This document shows, piece after piece, positions 19,247 through 30,193 of a stretch of DNA of 64,000 nucleotides; the stretch's first letter is position 1, and every line of letters begins with the position of its first letter. The stretch comes from an uncultured Gemmatimonadales bacterium (lineage in GTDB: Bacteria > Gemmatimonadota > Gemmatimonadetes > Gemmatimonadales > Gemmatimonadaceae), in the NCBI GenBank assembly GCA_963793305.1, contig CAWBZV010000002.1:384001-448000 (forward strand), in the 5' to 3' direction. Under the pieces are notes generated by a model. It saw only the letters and a program-made list of their open reading frames with translations. It had not been told where the DNA came from and did not search any database. The position numbers and the translations under genes are program-made.

Positions 19247-20972
19247 ATGAGAACGCGCAACGTTACAATCGCCGCGAAGCTCTACCTCCTGCTCGGCGCC
19301 AGCTTATGCGCGGGCGTCATCGTGAGCACGGTGCTCTGGATGGAGCTTCGCCACGTAACGCGTGCGTACGCGGCGGTGTTCACGACCGAGGTGAAGGCGC
19401 GTTCCGAAGCCCGCAAGATCGAAGTCGCCGAGAAGATGCAGGTTCAGGAATGGAGCAACTTGTTGCTCCGCGGGACCGACTCGACCGACCGGTCGGGCTA
19501 TGTCCGGACGTTCCGCGATCGGGGCCTGGAAGTCCGAGACCACTTGTCGACGGTTCGCGGGCTCCTGACGACGGTGTTGCACGATTCGATCTCGCTCGAT
19601 GAGGCGAATCGCTTCGGCGCGGCCTACGACAGCATGGCCACGCGATACGATGCCGCGCTCGGGGTGTACGAAGCGCGCCGCAACGCCGCACAGGTCGATC
19701 GCATGGTCCGGGATCAGGACAAGATGCCGACCGAGCTGCTGTCGCACCTGTTGCTGCGCCTCGACTCGCTCGCCCAGATTCGCCTCGCGGCGACCGATCA
19801 CCAGGCCACGCGTGCCGTCGAGCTGAGCGCGCTCGGCGGAGGCGTCGTCTTCGTGGGCCTGACCATTGTGCTCGTGCTGTTGGTCCGCTGGCTGCTCCAG
19901 AGCCTTGGCCGCCTACGCGACGCCGCCCAGCGGATCGCCAGCGGCGATCTGACACACGTGCTGGGCTATCGCGCGAACGACGAAATCGGCGCGTTGGCCG
20001 CGGCATTCGGTCACATGACCGACACGCTCCGTTTGTTGCTCGGTGAGACCGCCAGCGTCGCCGCGGAAGTCGAGGCGACCGCGACCACCCTGCGGGCCGA
20101 GGCCGACCAAATGGTGCAGTCGGCCGAGCAAGTCGCGTCGGCCGCGCAGCAGATCGCCGCGTCGACCGCCGAGCAGACGAACGGTGTCACGACGGCCGGT
20201 GCATCAGCGGGCCGCGTCGCCGCCAGCGCCGCGGGGCTCACGACGCACGCCGAGACGGCGGCAGCGCTCGCATCGACCGTCAGCCAGTCCGCTGGTGCGA
20301 GCGCCAAGGCCGCGCGCGCGGCGCGCGACGCAATGTCGGCGATCAGCAACGTGACCCGGGAGGCCGTGCCGATCGTGACGGAGCTCGCCAGCAAGGCGGC
20401 CGAGATCGATCAGGTCACGCAAACCATCGAAGGCATCGCGCGCCAAACGAATCTCCTCGCGCTCAACGCGGCGATCGAGGCGGCCCGTGCTGGTGACAGT
20501 GGCCGCGGGTTCGCCGTCGTGGCCGAGCACGTCAAGCAACTGGCCGCACAGAGCGCCGGTGCTTTGGAAACCGTCCGTCGTCTCGCGGGCGAGTTGAGCA
20601 CCGCCGCCACGCGCACGGCCGGCTCCATCGGCACGGTCGAGGAGCGCGTGCGCGAAGGGCAGGTCGTGATCGACGCTTCGCAGGAAGGGCTCACGGCGAT
20701 CGTTCGTGACATTCGAGGCGAACCGCGGCGCGGTGGCCAGCATTACCACGGCCGCGGCGGTTCAGCGCGCGGACGCCGACGCATTGGCGCGCGAGGTGAC
20801 ATCGGTCGCGGTCTCCGCCGAGGAGAATGCCGCGACAGCACAAGAAGTCAGCGCGCTGGCCGAGGAGCAGACGGCATCCATGGGTCATGTCGCGCAATCC
20901 AGCGATCGCCTCGCCGCGATCGCCGGACGCCTCACGGAGTCCATGCGGCGATTCACGCTCGCTTCGTCATAA
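19247..20972 (+). CDS. Methyl-accepting chemotaxis protein; apparent +1 frameshift at 20712-20713
   Basis: Two TM, HAMP (DEIG.LA), [29 protein letters not shown]-terminal EEQTASM in second frame. Confidence 0.9.
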
Positions 20973-21148
20973 TCCAACCACTCGGTCTGCCGCGGCCACC
21001 AATGGCAAACAGGAGCACGTTGCCCGGCAGTTTTCTCACCATGGCACATGCGTGATGACGCCCAGCCGTACCAATAACGCAGCGGCGAGGCGGCGATAAC
21101 GGCCGTATAGGCAGCGTTCGGGTGAGGGGCAAGGGTAAATTGGAGCCC

Positions 21149-21703
21149 ATGCTGCCACAAAAATATTTACTCGGGGTACGGTCCGTCCCCTTCGAGATGT
21201 TCCCGGGCATGTTCGCCGTCACGCATCATCGCGACGCGAACTCGAGCCGGTTCATCAGCTCGTACGCCGACGGGAAAACGCAGAAGGGTGGGCTATTCGC
21301 TTTTCTCGCGCGTACGGGCCAGATCGAATCACGCCGCCAATGGGATCTGCATCACATTGTCGAGGGTCAACACTTCGCCGACATCGATTTCGGCGGCCGA
21401 CTCCAGGCGATGTACCAGAACGAGCTGCCGGTCGTGCTGATTCAGAAGGACGAGCACGTCGCCTACAACATGCTCCTGCACATCTCGGCCACGGATGAGA
21501 TGTTCCGCGATACGTTGCCGGCGGATCTCATCGCGCGCTCACGCGCCGCCATGGCGGCGGCCGCGCAGCCGGCGCAGCGCCCGGCGCTCCGGGCGCGCGT
21601 CGACAAGCTCATCGAGCTATACGATGGGGCGTACATGAGCGATCCGGTGCTGACACAGATCGCTCGAAACGTCCTTACTGACGCGAAGTCGCTGTTGCGG
21701 TAG
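21149..21703 (+). CDS. Hypothetical protein with possible HNH-like His motif
   Basis: WDLHHIVE...VVLIQKDEHVAYN; TAAATT 7 nt upstream. Confidence 0.55.
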   Translation: MLPQKYLLGVRSVPFEMFPGMFAVTHHRDANSSRFISSYADGKTQKGGLFAFLARTGQIESRRQWDLHHIVEGQHFADIDFGGRLQAMYQNELPVVLIQKDEHVAYNMLLHISATDEMFRDTLPADLIARSRAAMAAAAQPAQRPALRARVDKLIELYDGAYMSDPVLTQIARNVLTDAKSLLR

Positions 21704-22370
21704 GGTAGTCTTTGTACAGCGCCGGCCAATCGGACTTCAAGTGCTCGACCTTCGGGCGATCGTTGATCACGATGTACGGGTAATTCGGGTTGTGCACGTA
21801 GAAATCCTGGTGGTACGCCTCGGCCTGATAGAACGCCGGTAGCTGAACCACCTGCGTCACTATTGGCCGCTTGAAGACCTTCGCCTGGCCGAGCTGCGCA
21901 ATGTATGCGTTGGCAATGCGCTGCTGATCCGGTGTCGTGAAGAAGATCACTCCCCGGTAACTCGGGCCATTATCAGGACCCTGCCGGTTGAGCTCCGTCG
22001 GATCGGTCGCGTCGGAGAAATACACTTTCAAGAGCTGTCCGTACGAGATCTGCGATGGATCGTACGTGATCTCGACCGACTCCGCGTGGCCCGTGGTCTC
22101 GGTGCCAACTTGCTCGTACGTGGCCGTGTTGGCCTGGCCACCCGCGTAACCAGAGACGACCTTCGTCACGCCTTTGACGTGCTCGAATACAGCCTGAACT
22201 CCCCAGAAGCATCCACCCGCGAGAACAGCCTTCGCCTCTCCGGGCTGGCTGGCCAAGGGCTCGTCCACCGCCGGCTCGGGTACCTTCACCGCAGCCGTGC
22301 TGTGCGGGACGCCGCGCAAAGCAGTCAGTGCCGCCAGTGTTATGGCGGTTGCAACGACGTATCTCATCAT
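21675..22370 (-). CDS. msrA: Peptide methionine sulfoxide reductase A, exported
   Basis: AGGCFWG, SGYAGG, GHAE, NRQGPD, AEAYHQDF; signal peptide. Confidence 0.95.
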   Translation of the reverse strand: MMRYVVATAITLAALTALRGVPHSTAAVKVPEPAVDEPLASQPGEAKAVLAGGCFWGVQAVFEHVKGVTKVVSGYAGGQANTATYEQVGTETTGHAESVEITYDPSQISYGQLLKVYFSDATDPTELNRQGPDNGPSYRGVIFFTTPDQQRIANAYIAQLGQAKVFKRPIVTQVVQLPAFYQAEAYHQDFYVHNPNYPYIVINDRPKVEHLKSDWPALYKDYPTATATSRQ

Positions 22371-22384
22371 GGTTGAAAGATAAC

Positions 22385-23821
22385 CTATTGAGGCAGGTTG
22401 CAGAGTTCGATCTCACCGACCTCGCCAATGCAACGCGCATGCCTCGCAACTTCTGCTCGCATGGCAGAATCGCGGCCGGCGACGATCACATAGTCATTCT
22501 CGGCGACAATTCGCTGCCAATTGAGCGGGCGGAGCGCGGCGCCGCCGCCGAACCAACCGACCGGTGGCGCATACCGGTGGGCCGTGTCGTCGAAGTATGG
22601 CATAAACCAGTTCGACTCCATGCCGTCGCCGCTGTAGTCGAAGAGGGATGGAACGTTCCCATGGAACCGGATCGTGTACCAGAAGGCGAAATGGCGATAC
22701 GGAACGACCCGTTTGCCGAATCGTGCGCCGTCCCCTATGACCGGAAATACGCTCTTCCCGGGAGGCACCTGGCTCAGCAGCTCGCTGTAATCACTCAAGT
22801 ATCGATCGATGCGCCAGATGGTCGGCGTGAGTACCACGCTCGACAGGATGCTACCCGCCAGAAGCCATTGCACTCCGAGTCTCGCGGGCCCCCGTGATGG
22901 CGCCGCGGCACAAAAGACGAGCAGGTAAGCGGGTATGAGCCACCGCATGTCGACGTACCCGCCGCCGGTGCCGATCTGCGGGAAGATCGCGTACAGCACA
23001 AAGAACGCGGCGGCCGAAAGTCCCAGTGTCGTACGCCAATTTCTCACGGGGTTCGCCCGTGCATACAGCACCATCGCAACGACGTACGTCGCAATCATTG
23101 GCAGTGCCTGCGCCGCTGAGTAGACGTAAAACGGCGCAAAAATATTCTTGGCCTTCCACCAGAATGTGCCGAGGGTGAGCCTGGCGGGTGGTGCAGGTGG
23201 CAGGGGTGGTGCGCCGATAGTCGTCCACAAATACATGGCGCCCACGGTCGCGGTCAGCAGCAGCACGAGCCAGACGCGCCGGTCTCTCGCGACAATGGCA
23301 TCGACCCAGATGACGACCAAGACCATGAGCGCCGAAGCCAGGTGCATCAAGTAGCAGAGGGCAATGCCGGCGATGAGCCCGACGATACGCATCGGGGTAG
23401 GCGTTCGTCGGTGGGGCCACCACGCCGCGAGAAACGCGAACGCTACGCCGACGCCCACGACGTAACTCAGAAATCCGGCGTGGGTGAAGAACCCGAATCC
23501 AAACGGAACCCCAACGATCGCCCACCGTCGCGCCTCGCCGCCCATGGCGTTCAGCAACAAGGCGAAGCCAAGCGGAATCGCGGCGACGGCGAGAGCGGCA
23601 ATGACATGCGCGCCAATCGCCGGCCCAGCCAGGTGAACGATCAGCGCGCCGATAGCGTCGAGCGCGAAATACGGCCCGGGTTGCGCGCGGACGACGATGG
23701 TGGACGGCAGGCCTATCCCATGGGCGAACCAGGCGCGCTCCAGCAGGACATAGCGCGCCAAGTGGTTCGTCGTGTCCTCGAACGGGAAGTATCGCGCGGT
23801 CACCGCGATCGCGACGTTCAC
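22385..23821 (-). CDS. Polytopic membrane protein, possible GT-C-fold glycosyltransferase
   Basis: ~11 TM helices, N-terminal D..NHLAR motif, soluble C-terminal domain. Confidence 0.6.
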   Translation of the reverse strand: MNVAIAVTARYFPFEDTTNHLARYVLLERAWFAHGIGLPSTIVVRAQPGPYFALDAIGALIVHLAGPAIGAHVIAALAVAAIPLGFALLLNAMGGEARRWAIVGVPFGFGFFTHAGFLSYVVGVGVAFAFLAAWWPHRRTPTPMRIVGLIAGIALCYLMHLASALMVLVVIWVDAIVARDRRVWLVLLLTATVGAMYLWTTIGAPPLPPAPPARLTLGTFWWKAKNIFAPFYVYSAAQALPMIATYVVAMVLYARANPVRNWRTTLGLSAAAFFVLYAIFPQIGTGGGYVDMRWLIPAYLLVFCAAAPSRGPARLGVQWLLAGSILSSVVLTPTIWRIDRYLSDYSELLSQVPPGKSVFPVIGDGARFGKRVVPYRHFAFWYTIRFHGNVPSLFDYSGDGMESNWFMPYFDDTAHRYAPPVGWFGGGAALRPLNWQRIVAENDYVIVAGRDSAMRAEVARHARCIGEVGEIELCNLPQ

Positions 23822-23850
23822 CGCGAGCGCGATCCAAAACGCGCCCCGCT

Positions 23851-25180
23851 CTAGCCGGCTCGTGACTCGATCGGGATGACGATGGCTTCGGTATCGCCCC
23901 CAGCGCGCTGCGCTTGGCGTATCTCGGCGAGGCCGAACTGGATATAGCTGAGGACGGCTATCCAGGTGATGAACCCGATGGCGATGAATTTAAGCTCGAG
24001 TGGCAGATCAAACGGCGAATTCCAGAGCATATGTAAGGCCACGCAGAGGGCGAACACGCGAAGAAATGCGGGCTCGCGGAGCATGTCCCACTTGAACTCG
24101 CGCTGACCGCGCACACGCCACAACGCGCCACCGACGAGCGCCGTCCACAGCGCGTGTCCACCGAGAACGCTCAATGCGCCGCGCTCATCAGATGGTCTGG
24201 AACAACGAGGCCATGCCGCTGTTGAGCCCACTGGTGAGGGCGTACCCCAACGTCTCGAACACCGCGAATCCGGTGCCGACCGTGGCGCCAAACAGCATCC
24301 CGTTGAGCGTCCACGGATACCGGCGTTTGCGCACCACGAGCAAAAGGGTCAGGGCTTTTCCCGACTCCTCGACGATCCCCGCGCTCATGGCGCCGAGCCA
24401 GTTGTCGAGCGATGTCCATTCGAAGAAGAGCAGTGACACACACAACGAGACGATCCCACCCAGCAGCAGCAGTTTCAAGATTTGATAGAGCGATACGTTC
24501 CGTGGAACGTTCATCTCGAAAAAGAACACGAGAATGGAACAGGGAATCGCAAACGACCCGACGAGAATCAACCCGGGAATGAGATATGGATTACTGAACC
24601 GATTCCAGGCCCAAGCAAAAAGCGCAAATACCGCCGACGAGAGAATAAGAAATCGAACAAAGGCCCAGGGCTTTGGCCATCCGCCAGCCTGGATCGCCTC
24701 GAGCGGCGGCGTTGTCGTCCGCGTCCCGACGTTGAAGTACTCTTCCTGCTCCTCGTCCGTCCGCTTCTTGAAGACGTCCGAGAACATCTCCCCGGCGCTC
24801 CACCCTTGGAGCTTGTCGACGCCGGCGACCGCCGCGACCTGGGCGCGGACCTTCCCGAAGATCCCGGTCTGCGGAACGTGGGCGGCGTCGACGATCGCCA
24901 CTTCCCACAGCGATCGTCCCACGCGGACCTGCTGGCCGATCGCCAGCGTTGCGGTCCGCACGAGTTGTCCGTCCACGTAGATGGCGGCGCCGGCGACTGC
25001 CTCCACCGTCACACGTTGCCCGTCTCGCGTCAGCACGATATGCCGGTCGGCGACATCGGGGTCGTCCGAGAGGACGTTACATTCGGCCGCTCGGCCGACA
25101 CGGACATACCCGTCGTTGAGTGCGAGGCGCTTGCCCGAGTCCGGGCCGGCCACGCAGCGGAACAGCAGTGGCGATATCAT
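23851..25180 (-). CDS. FHA-domain PrsW family intramembrane metalloprotease; apparent frameshift near 24190
   Basis: FHA-like GR...DP.V..RH..L; PrsW VEESGK, GFAVFE, GGHA, LHMLWN across two frames. Confidence 0.82.
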
Positions 25181-25227
25181 TGCGGTTGTAAACCTAGGGA
25201 TCGACCTCACCCGAGACTACACGATGT

Positions 25228-26307
25228 ATGGATCACCCTTTCCGTGTTGGGAGCCCTGAGGCCGATCAAGCGACGCTGCAAGCCTTGCAGCGCGCCGGTA
25301 CGGATCTGACGAAGGAAACGGAAGTCATTTTCTATCTGTACTTTCCGACCAGCGAGCTCGCCGCGCGCGCCGCCGAGTCGATTCGGAACCCAACGTTTGT
25401 CCCAGAGATCAAGGACAAGCTGTGTCAGGTCAACGCTCGCATCGTGCCGAGCCTGAACACGATCCGCGATGCGTCCGTCCGTTTCCATGCGGTCGCGGCC
25501 ACGTTACACGGCACGTACGACGGCTGGGTCGCGCAGGGCCAACCCCTCAAGCCGATCGCGCCCCCCCGGGTCAACGCATTGATCAAACAATGGGTTGCGT
25601 TCCGGATGTATTTCATAGGACCGGGGCGCCTCTACCACACCCACCGGGTCGCACCCGTCGAAAGCCGCGCCCTGCTCACCGCCGACGATGAACAGGCGAT
25701 GCCGGCCGCGATTCGCACGTACATGAACGAGACCGAGCGGGCACTCGGCGCCCTCGGCTTCACGACCGTGGCCCGGACGATCGCCCGCCGACCAACGGCT
25801 GGCGGCATCACGTCATACGCGACGTTGCTCGAGCACCCCGAGCGCCACACGATGGCGACAATTGTCGCGACGCAGGCGCAGCGCGGGCGGGCGGCGGCGA
25901 GCCTGGGGTTGAAGACCACACTCACGGATGGCCGCGTGATCCAGACCTCGAATTCGAGTACCCCACGACGGTTCCCACGTCGGCCCAAGTACGATACGGT
26001 CTACTTTCCCGATGTCACCGAAGCGGTCGCGCTCGATCGACTCCATCGGTTTCGCGTCGGCAATGCGCCAGTTGCCACGATCACCGCCGCTGGCGACGCG
26101 CTCGCGTATTTCGCCGCCGACGAAACCGAGTCTCGCGACGCGTGGCTCCGCGCCGGATACTATCGCCGCATGAATGACGGCGTGCTCCGCCCGACGCGCC
26201 GTGGCGCGCTCTGCATGGTGTGGCGCACCAAATTTCCGTGGGCGCAGCTCACGCGGTGGCGCGACGAGCGCCAACGCGCGGCCGTTTACTCCAAGCTCGG
26301 CTCGTAA
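25228..26307 (+). CDS. RraB-like N-terminal domain fused to an unknown domain
   Basis: D..TL..L...G.DL......FYLYFP...YDGW pattern in first ~100 aa. Confidence 0.55.
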   Translation: MDHPFRVGSPEADQATLQALQRAGTDLTKETEVIFYLYFPTSELAARAAESIRNPTFVPEIKDKLCQVNARIVPSLNTIRDASVRFHAVAATLHGTYDGWVAQGQPLKPIAPPRVNALIKQWVAFRMYFIGPGRLYHTHRVAPVESRALLTADDEQAMPAAIRTYMNETERALGALGFTTVARTIARRPTAGGITSYATLLEHPERHTMATIVATQAQRGRAAASLGLKTTLTDGRVIQTSNSSTPRRFPRRPKYDTVYFPDVTEAVALDRLHRFRVGNAPVATITAAGDALAYFAADETESRDAWLRAGYYRRMNDGVLRPTRRGALCMVWRTKFPWAQLTRWRDERQRAAVYSKLGS

Positions 26308-26786
26308 TCCTGCACGACGGGCGGATGCAACCGCTCGTTGCGATCCAAAATCCGCGCGCAGGTATTCCAGCGCAGGATCGCCCCGTCATCCCCTGCCGGC
26401 CGGTTTTTCTCGGCCCGTTCGTAGTGCTCCATCGCTTCGCGCAGCCACTCCAATGAGATCTCGTGGCATCGCGGCCCACCACGCTTGAGTTGCGCCTTGG
26501 CCCGACGTTCGCAGATGATGCCGGAATAGTACTGGCGCCGGTACTCGTCGGTGATCTTCGGCAACACCTCGCGGGCGCGCATCACGCCCTCAGCGAGACC
26601 GTCGTCCATCTGATCCGTGATCGCGAGCAGCAGGGTCGACACCGCTTGCTGATTCGACGGATCGACCGCCAACACATCGAGACAAATACTCTCGGCGCCC
26701 GAGGGGTCTCCAATCAAGCGATACCGCTCGGCCTTGACGAGCGCCGCCGGCACCGCATCGATGGTGATCGGTTTGAGCTTATGCAC
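26286..26786 (-). CDS. Conserved helical (TPR-like) hypothetical protein coupled to the sdh operon
   Basis: AERYRL..AESICLD, YYSGIICERRAK, AILRWNTCAR; overlaps sdhB stop. Confidence 0.7.
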   Translation of the reverse strand: MHKLKPITIDAVPAALVKAERYRLIGDPSGAESICLDVLAVDPSNQQAVSTLLLAITDQMDDGLAEGVMRAREVLPKITDEYRRQYYSGIICERRAKAQLKRGGPRCHEISLEWLREAMEHYERAEKNRPAGDDGAILRWNTCARILDRNERLHPPVVQDYEPSLE

Positions 26787-27531
26787 GCGTTCGACGCGAG
26801 AAGATCTTCACGAGCCGCCCCAGAGGATCGTAGAACGCATCGACGACGCGCTCCTTCAACGGAATAATAGCATTGTCGGTGATCGTGATACCCTCGGGGC
26901 AGACCGCGGTGCAACACTTCGTGATGTTACAGTAACCGATGCCGAATTCGCGCTTGAGATCGGGGACGCGATCCGCGACATCCAACGGATGCATCTCCAA
27001 TGCCGCGGTGTGCACAAAGAATCGCGGTCCAATGAACTCCTTCTCCTCATGGTGCTCGCGAATCACGTGGCAGACATTCTGGCAGAGGTAACATTCGATA
27101 CACTTCCGGAACTCTTGCACCCGTTCGACATTGGACTGCTGCATGCGCCAGGTCCCGTCCGGGGCATTGGGCGGGCGCGGCGTAAACTCTTTGATCCGCT
27201 TCTTGACCTCGAAATTCCACGAGACGTCAGTCACGAGGTCCTTGATGCGCGGAAATGCGCGCATCGGCTCGACCGTGACCGGCGTGGTCAGATCGAGATC
27301 ACTCAATCGCGTCATGCACAACAGCCGCGGCTTGCCGTTCACCTCGGCCGAGCAGGAGCCGCATTTGCCGGCTTTGCAGTTCCAGCGCACCGCCAGATCA
27401 TTCGCCTGGTCTGCCTGGATCTGGTGGATCGCGTCGAGCACCACCATGCCAGGCGAAACCTCGGTCGTGTACGACTGAAACGCTCCGCCCTGGGCGTCGC
27501 CACGCCACACTTTGAACGTCGCCTCGCTCAT
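26779..27531 (-). CDS. sdhB: Succinate dehydrogenase/fumarate reductase Fe-S subunit
   Basis: NCKAGKCGSC..C, CIECYLCQNVC, CNITKCCTAVCP. Confidence 0.93.
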   Translation of the reverse strand: MSEATFKVWRGDAQGGAFQSYTTEVSPGMVVLDAIHQIQADQANDLAVRWNCKAGKCGSCSAEVNGKPRLLCMTRLSDLDLTTPVTVEPMRAFPRIKDLVTDVSWNFEVKKRIKEFTPRPPNAPDGTWRMQQSNVERVQEFRKCIECYLCQNVCHVIREHHEEKEFIGPRFFVHTAALEMHPLDVADRVPDLKREFGIGYCNITKCCTAVCPEGITITDNAIIPLKERVVDAFYDPLGRLVKIFSRRTRA

Positions 27532-29339
27532 CCCATTTCCTTGATAACCGCGGCCAGCTCCGCTGGCATCGGCGGGATTGGCACCCGGCTCAACACCATG
27601 CTCCCATCTGGTCCGGCCCGTATGACGAGATTGACCTTGCCAAATTCGGGATCTTTGTTCGGGTAGTCGTCGCGAAAATGCCCGCCACGACTCTCTTTTC
27701 GTTCGATAGCAGTCAATGCGATCGCTCGAGAAATCGTCAGCAGGTTGCCCAGGTCGAGCGCGGTGTGCCAACCGGGATTGTACTCGCGATTCCCGGTCAC
27801 CGTGACATTCTGGGCTCTCTTGGTCAGCAAATCGATCTCAGCGAGCGCTCTCAGCATCTCGGGCTCGCGTCGCACGATGCCGACATTCTCTTGCATGACG
27901 TTCTGCAACGCCTGCTGAATCTGATAAGGCCCTTCGCCGTCCTTTCTCTCAAACGGCTCCAACGCCCGTCGCTCCGCCCGGGTCGCCTGTGCTACGTCCA
28001 CGCGGATATCGTTATTCGCGCGAGCGAAGCGAGCGGCGTATTCCCCGGCGCGCTTGCCGAACACGAGGAGATCCGATAGAGAATTGCCACCGAGCCGGTT
28101 GGCGCCATGGAGCCCGGCCGCACACTCCCCGGCGGCGAACAACCCGGGCACGTTCGTCATCTGCGTGTCTCCGTCGACGCGAATGCCGCCCATGACATAA
28201 TGCGTCGTCGGCCCAACTTCCATCGGCTCCTTGGTAATATCGATATCAGCCAGCGTCTTGAACTGGTGATACATGCTGGGGAGCTTCTTCTTGATGTGCT
28301 CGGCGGCATGGGGAATGCGATCCTTGATCCACGCAATATCGAGGAACACGCCACCATGTGGGCTCCCACGGCCCTCACGAACTTCGCGAACGATCGCCCG
28401 TGCCACGTGATCTCGCGTGAGCAGCTCAGGCGGACGGCGCGCTGACTTGTCGCCCTGGGTATAGCGCCATCCCTCTTCAGGATCAGTCGCGGTCTGCGCC
28501 CGATAATTCTCGGGAATGTCGTCAAACATGAATCGCCGACCTTGCGAGTTGGTCAGCACCCCACCTTCCCCCCGGACGCCCTCAGTCACGAGGATGCCGC
28601 GCACGCTCGGCGGCCATACCATCCCAGTCGGATGGAACTGCACGAACTCCATGTCCTGCAGCGCCGCACCGGCGTCATAGGCCAGCGCCTGTCCGTCGCC
28701 GGTGTACTCCCAACTATTGGATGTGATCTTGAATGCCCGCCCGATGCCGCCGGTGGCCAACACTACCGCGCGACTGTGGAAGAGCTTGAACCGCCCGCGC
28801 TCGCGATCGTATGCCAGCGCTCCAGCGACGCGGTCCCCATCCTTGAGCAACGTCAGGACGGTGTACTCCATGTGCACGTCGATGCCCTGATGGATGCCGT
28901 GATCCTGCAATGTGCGGATCATCTCGAGGCCGGTGCGGTCACCGACGTGCGCGAGGCGCGGGTATTTGTGGCCGCCGAAGTTGCGCTGCAGGATCCGGCC
29001 GTCCGGCGTGCGGTCGAACAGCGCTCCCCACGCCTCCAGCTCGCGCACGCGATCCGGCGCCTCCTTCGCGTGCAGCTCGGCCATGCGCCAGTTGTTGAGA
29101 TATTGCCCACCGCGCATGGTGTCGGAGAAGTGCACGCGCCAGTTATCGCGGTCATCGACGTTCGCCATCGCGGCGGCGACGCCGCCCTCGGCCATCACCG
29201 TGTGGGCTTTGCCGAGCAGGGACTTGCACACGAGCGCAACCGACACGCCCTCGGCCGCGGCCGCGATGGCCGCGCGCAATCCGGCGCCACCAGCGCCGAT
29301 CACCAGCACGTCGTGCGTCAACGTTTCGTAGTCGGCCAT
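27528..29339 (-). CDS. sdhA: Succinate dehydrogenase/fumarate reductase flavoprotein
   Basis: IGAGGAG, AHTVMAEGG, QFHPTG, EGVRGEGG, HYVMGG, HGANRLGGNSL, ESRGGH. Confidence 0.95.
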   Translation of the reverse strand: MADYETLTHDVLVIGAGGAGLRAAIAAAAEGVSVALVCKSLLGKAHTVMAEGGVAAAMANVDDRDNWRVHFSDTMRGGQYLNNWRMAELHAKEAPDRVRELEAWGALFDRTPDGRILQRNFGGHKYPRLAHVGDRTGLEMIRTLQDHGIHQGIDVHMEYTVLTLLKDGDRVAGALAYDRERGRFKLFHSRAVVLATGGIGRAFKITSNSWEYTGDGQALAYDAGAALQDMEFVQFHPTGMVWPPSVRGILVTEGVRGEGGVLTNSQGRRFMFDDIPENYRAQTATDPEEGWRYTQGDKSARRPPELLTRDHVARAIVREVREGRGSPHGGVFLDIAWIKDRIPHAAEHIKKKLPSMYHQFKTLADIDITKEPMEVGPTTHYVMGGIRVDGDTQMTNVPGLFAAGECAAGLHGANRLGGNSLSDLLVFGKRAGEYAARFARANNDIRVDVAQATRAERRALEPFERKDGEGPYQIQQALQNVMQENVGIVRREPEMLRALAEIDLLTKRAQNVTVTGNREYNPGWHTALDLGNLLTISRAIALTAIERKESRGGHFRDDYPNKDPEFGKVNLVIRAGPDGSMVLSRVPIPPMPAELAAVIKEMG

Positions 29340-29341
29340 GC

Positions 29342-30097
29342 CTACACGATCCGCCAATCGTGCCAAACGCCCATCGAGCACAGTCGGACGTAGATATCGG
29401 CGAAAGCGACGAAGAAGAGGCTCATCCACGCCCACTTCATGTGCCAGCGATTGAAGCAACTCACGCACGCATACGCGGATCGCTGCACCGGATGCCCGGC
29501 GAGCCTATCCCGATACCCTCCGACGATATGCCGCAGCGAATGGCAGCCGAGCGCATAGCACGACAGCAGGGTCGTATTGACGGCCAGCACGATCGTTCCG
29601 ACGCCGATCCCGAACACGACGCGCCCCGTGGCCGGATCCGCAAACCAGAGTGCGTCCCAGACATCGTGCGCGAGAATCACTAAGAAGATCAGCGCGATGT
29701 ACATGAAGTACCGGTGAATGTTCTGCATGATCAGCGGGAACTTCTGCTCGCCGAGGTAGGTCTTCCGCGGCTCGTGGACCGTGCACGCCGGCGGGTCCGC
29801 CCACAGTGCCTTGTAGTAGGCGCCCCGATAGTAGTAGCAGGTCACCCGGAACAGTCCCGGGAACGGCAGTATCAGCAGGGCGGGCGAAAACGGGAGCCAC
29901 GCTGGCCAGATGCCAGGTTTCCCGAATTCCGGAGAATACAGTGGTGACAGATACGGCCCGAAGCGATAGTGGGCATTCTGGAACGCGGCCCAGGTCGTGT
30001 AGGCGATAAACGCTATGAAGACGATCGCCGTGACCGCCGGCTGCACCCACCACGCGTCGCGTCGCATGGTGAGGACGGGGAGCTCTGCATGCGCCAT
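29342..30097 (-). CDS. sdhC: Type-F (Mycobacterium Sdh1C/Rv0249c-like) membrane anchor
   Basis: TCYYYR, DPPAC, QNIHRYF, GCHSLRH, NRWHM; single anchor gene upstream of sdhA. Confidence 0.82.
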   Translation of the reverse strand: MAHAELPVLTMRRDAWWVQPAVTAIVFIAFIAYTTWAAFQNAHYRFGPYLSPLYSPEFGKPGIWPAWLPFSPALLILPFPGLFRVTCYYYRGAYYKALWADPPACTVHEPRKTYLGEQKFPLIMQNIHRYFMYIALIFLVILAHDVWDALWFADPATGRVVFGIGVGTIVLAVNTTLLSCYALGCHSLRHIVGGYRDRLAGHPVQRSAYACVSCFNRWHMKWAWMSLFFVAFADIYVRLCSMGVWHDWRIV

Positions 30098-30193
30098 GGC
30101 GAGGAAGCTCCCATTTGATACGCGAATTATCAACCCGAACCGCAGGGTCGGCTCGACACGCAACCGCTGGCGCCGCAGGCGCCTTCCGCAGAG

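Noticed and set aside
20713..21055. Unusual Arg/Gly-rich C-terminal tail of the MCP
   Set aside because: Out-of-frame read-through after the extra T; the proper MCP end is in the 20706-20972 frame
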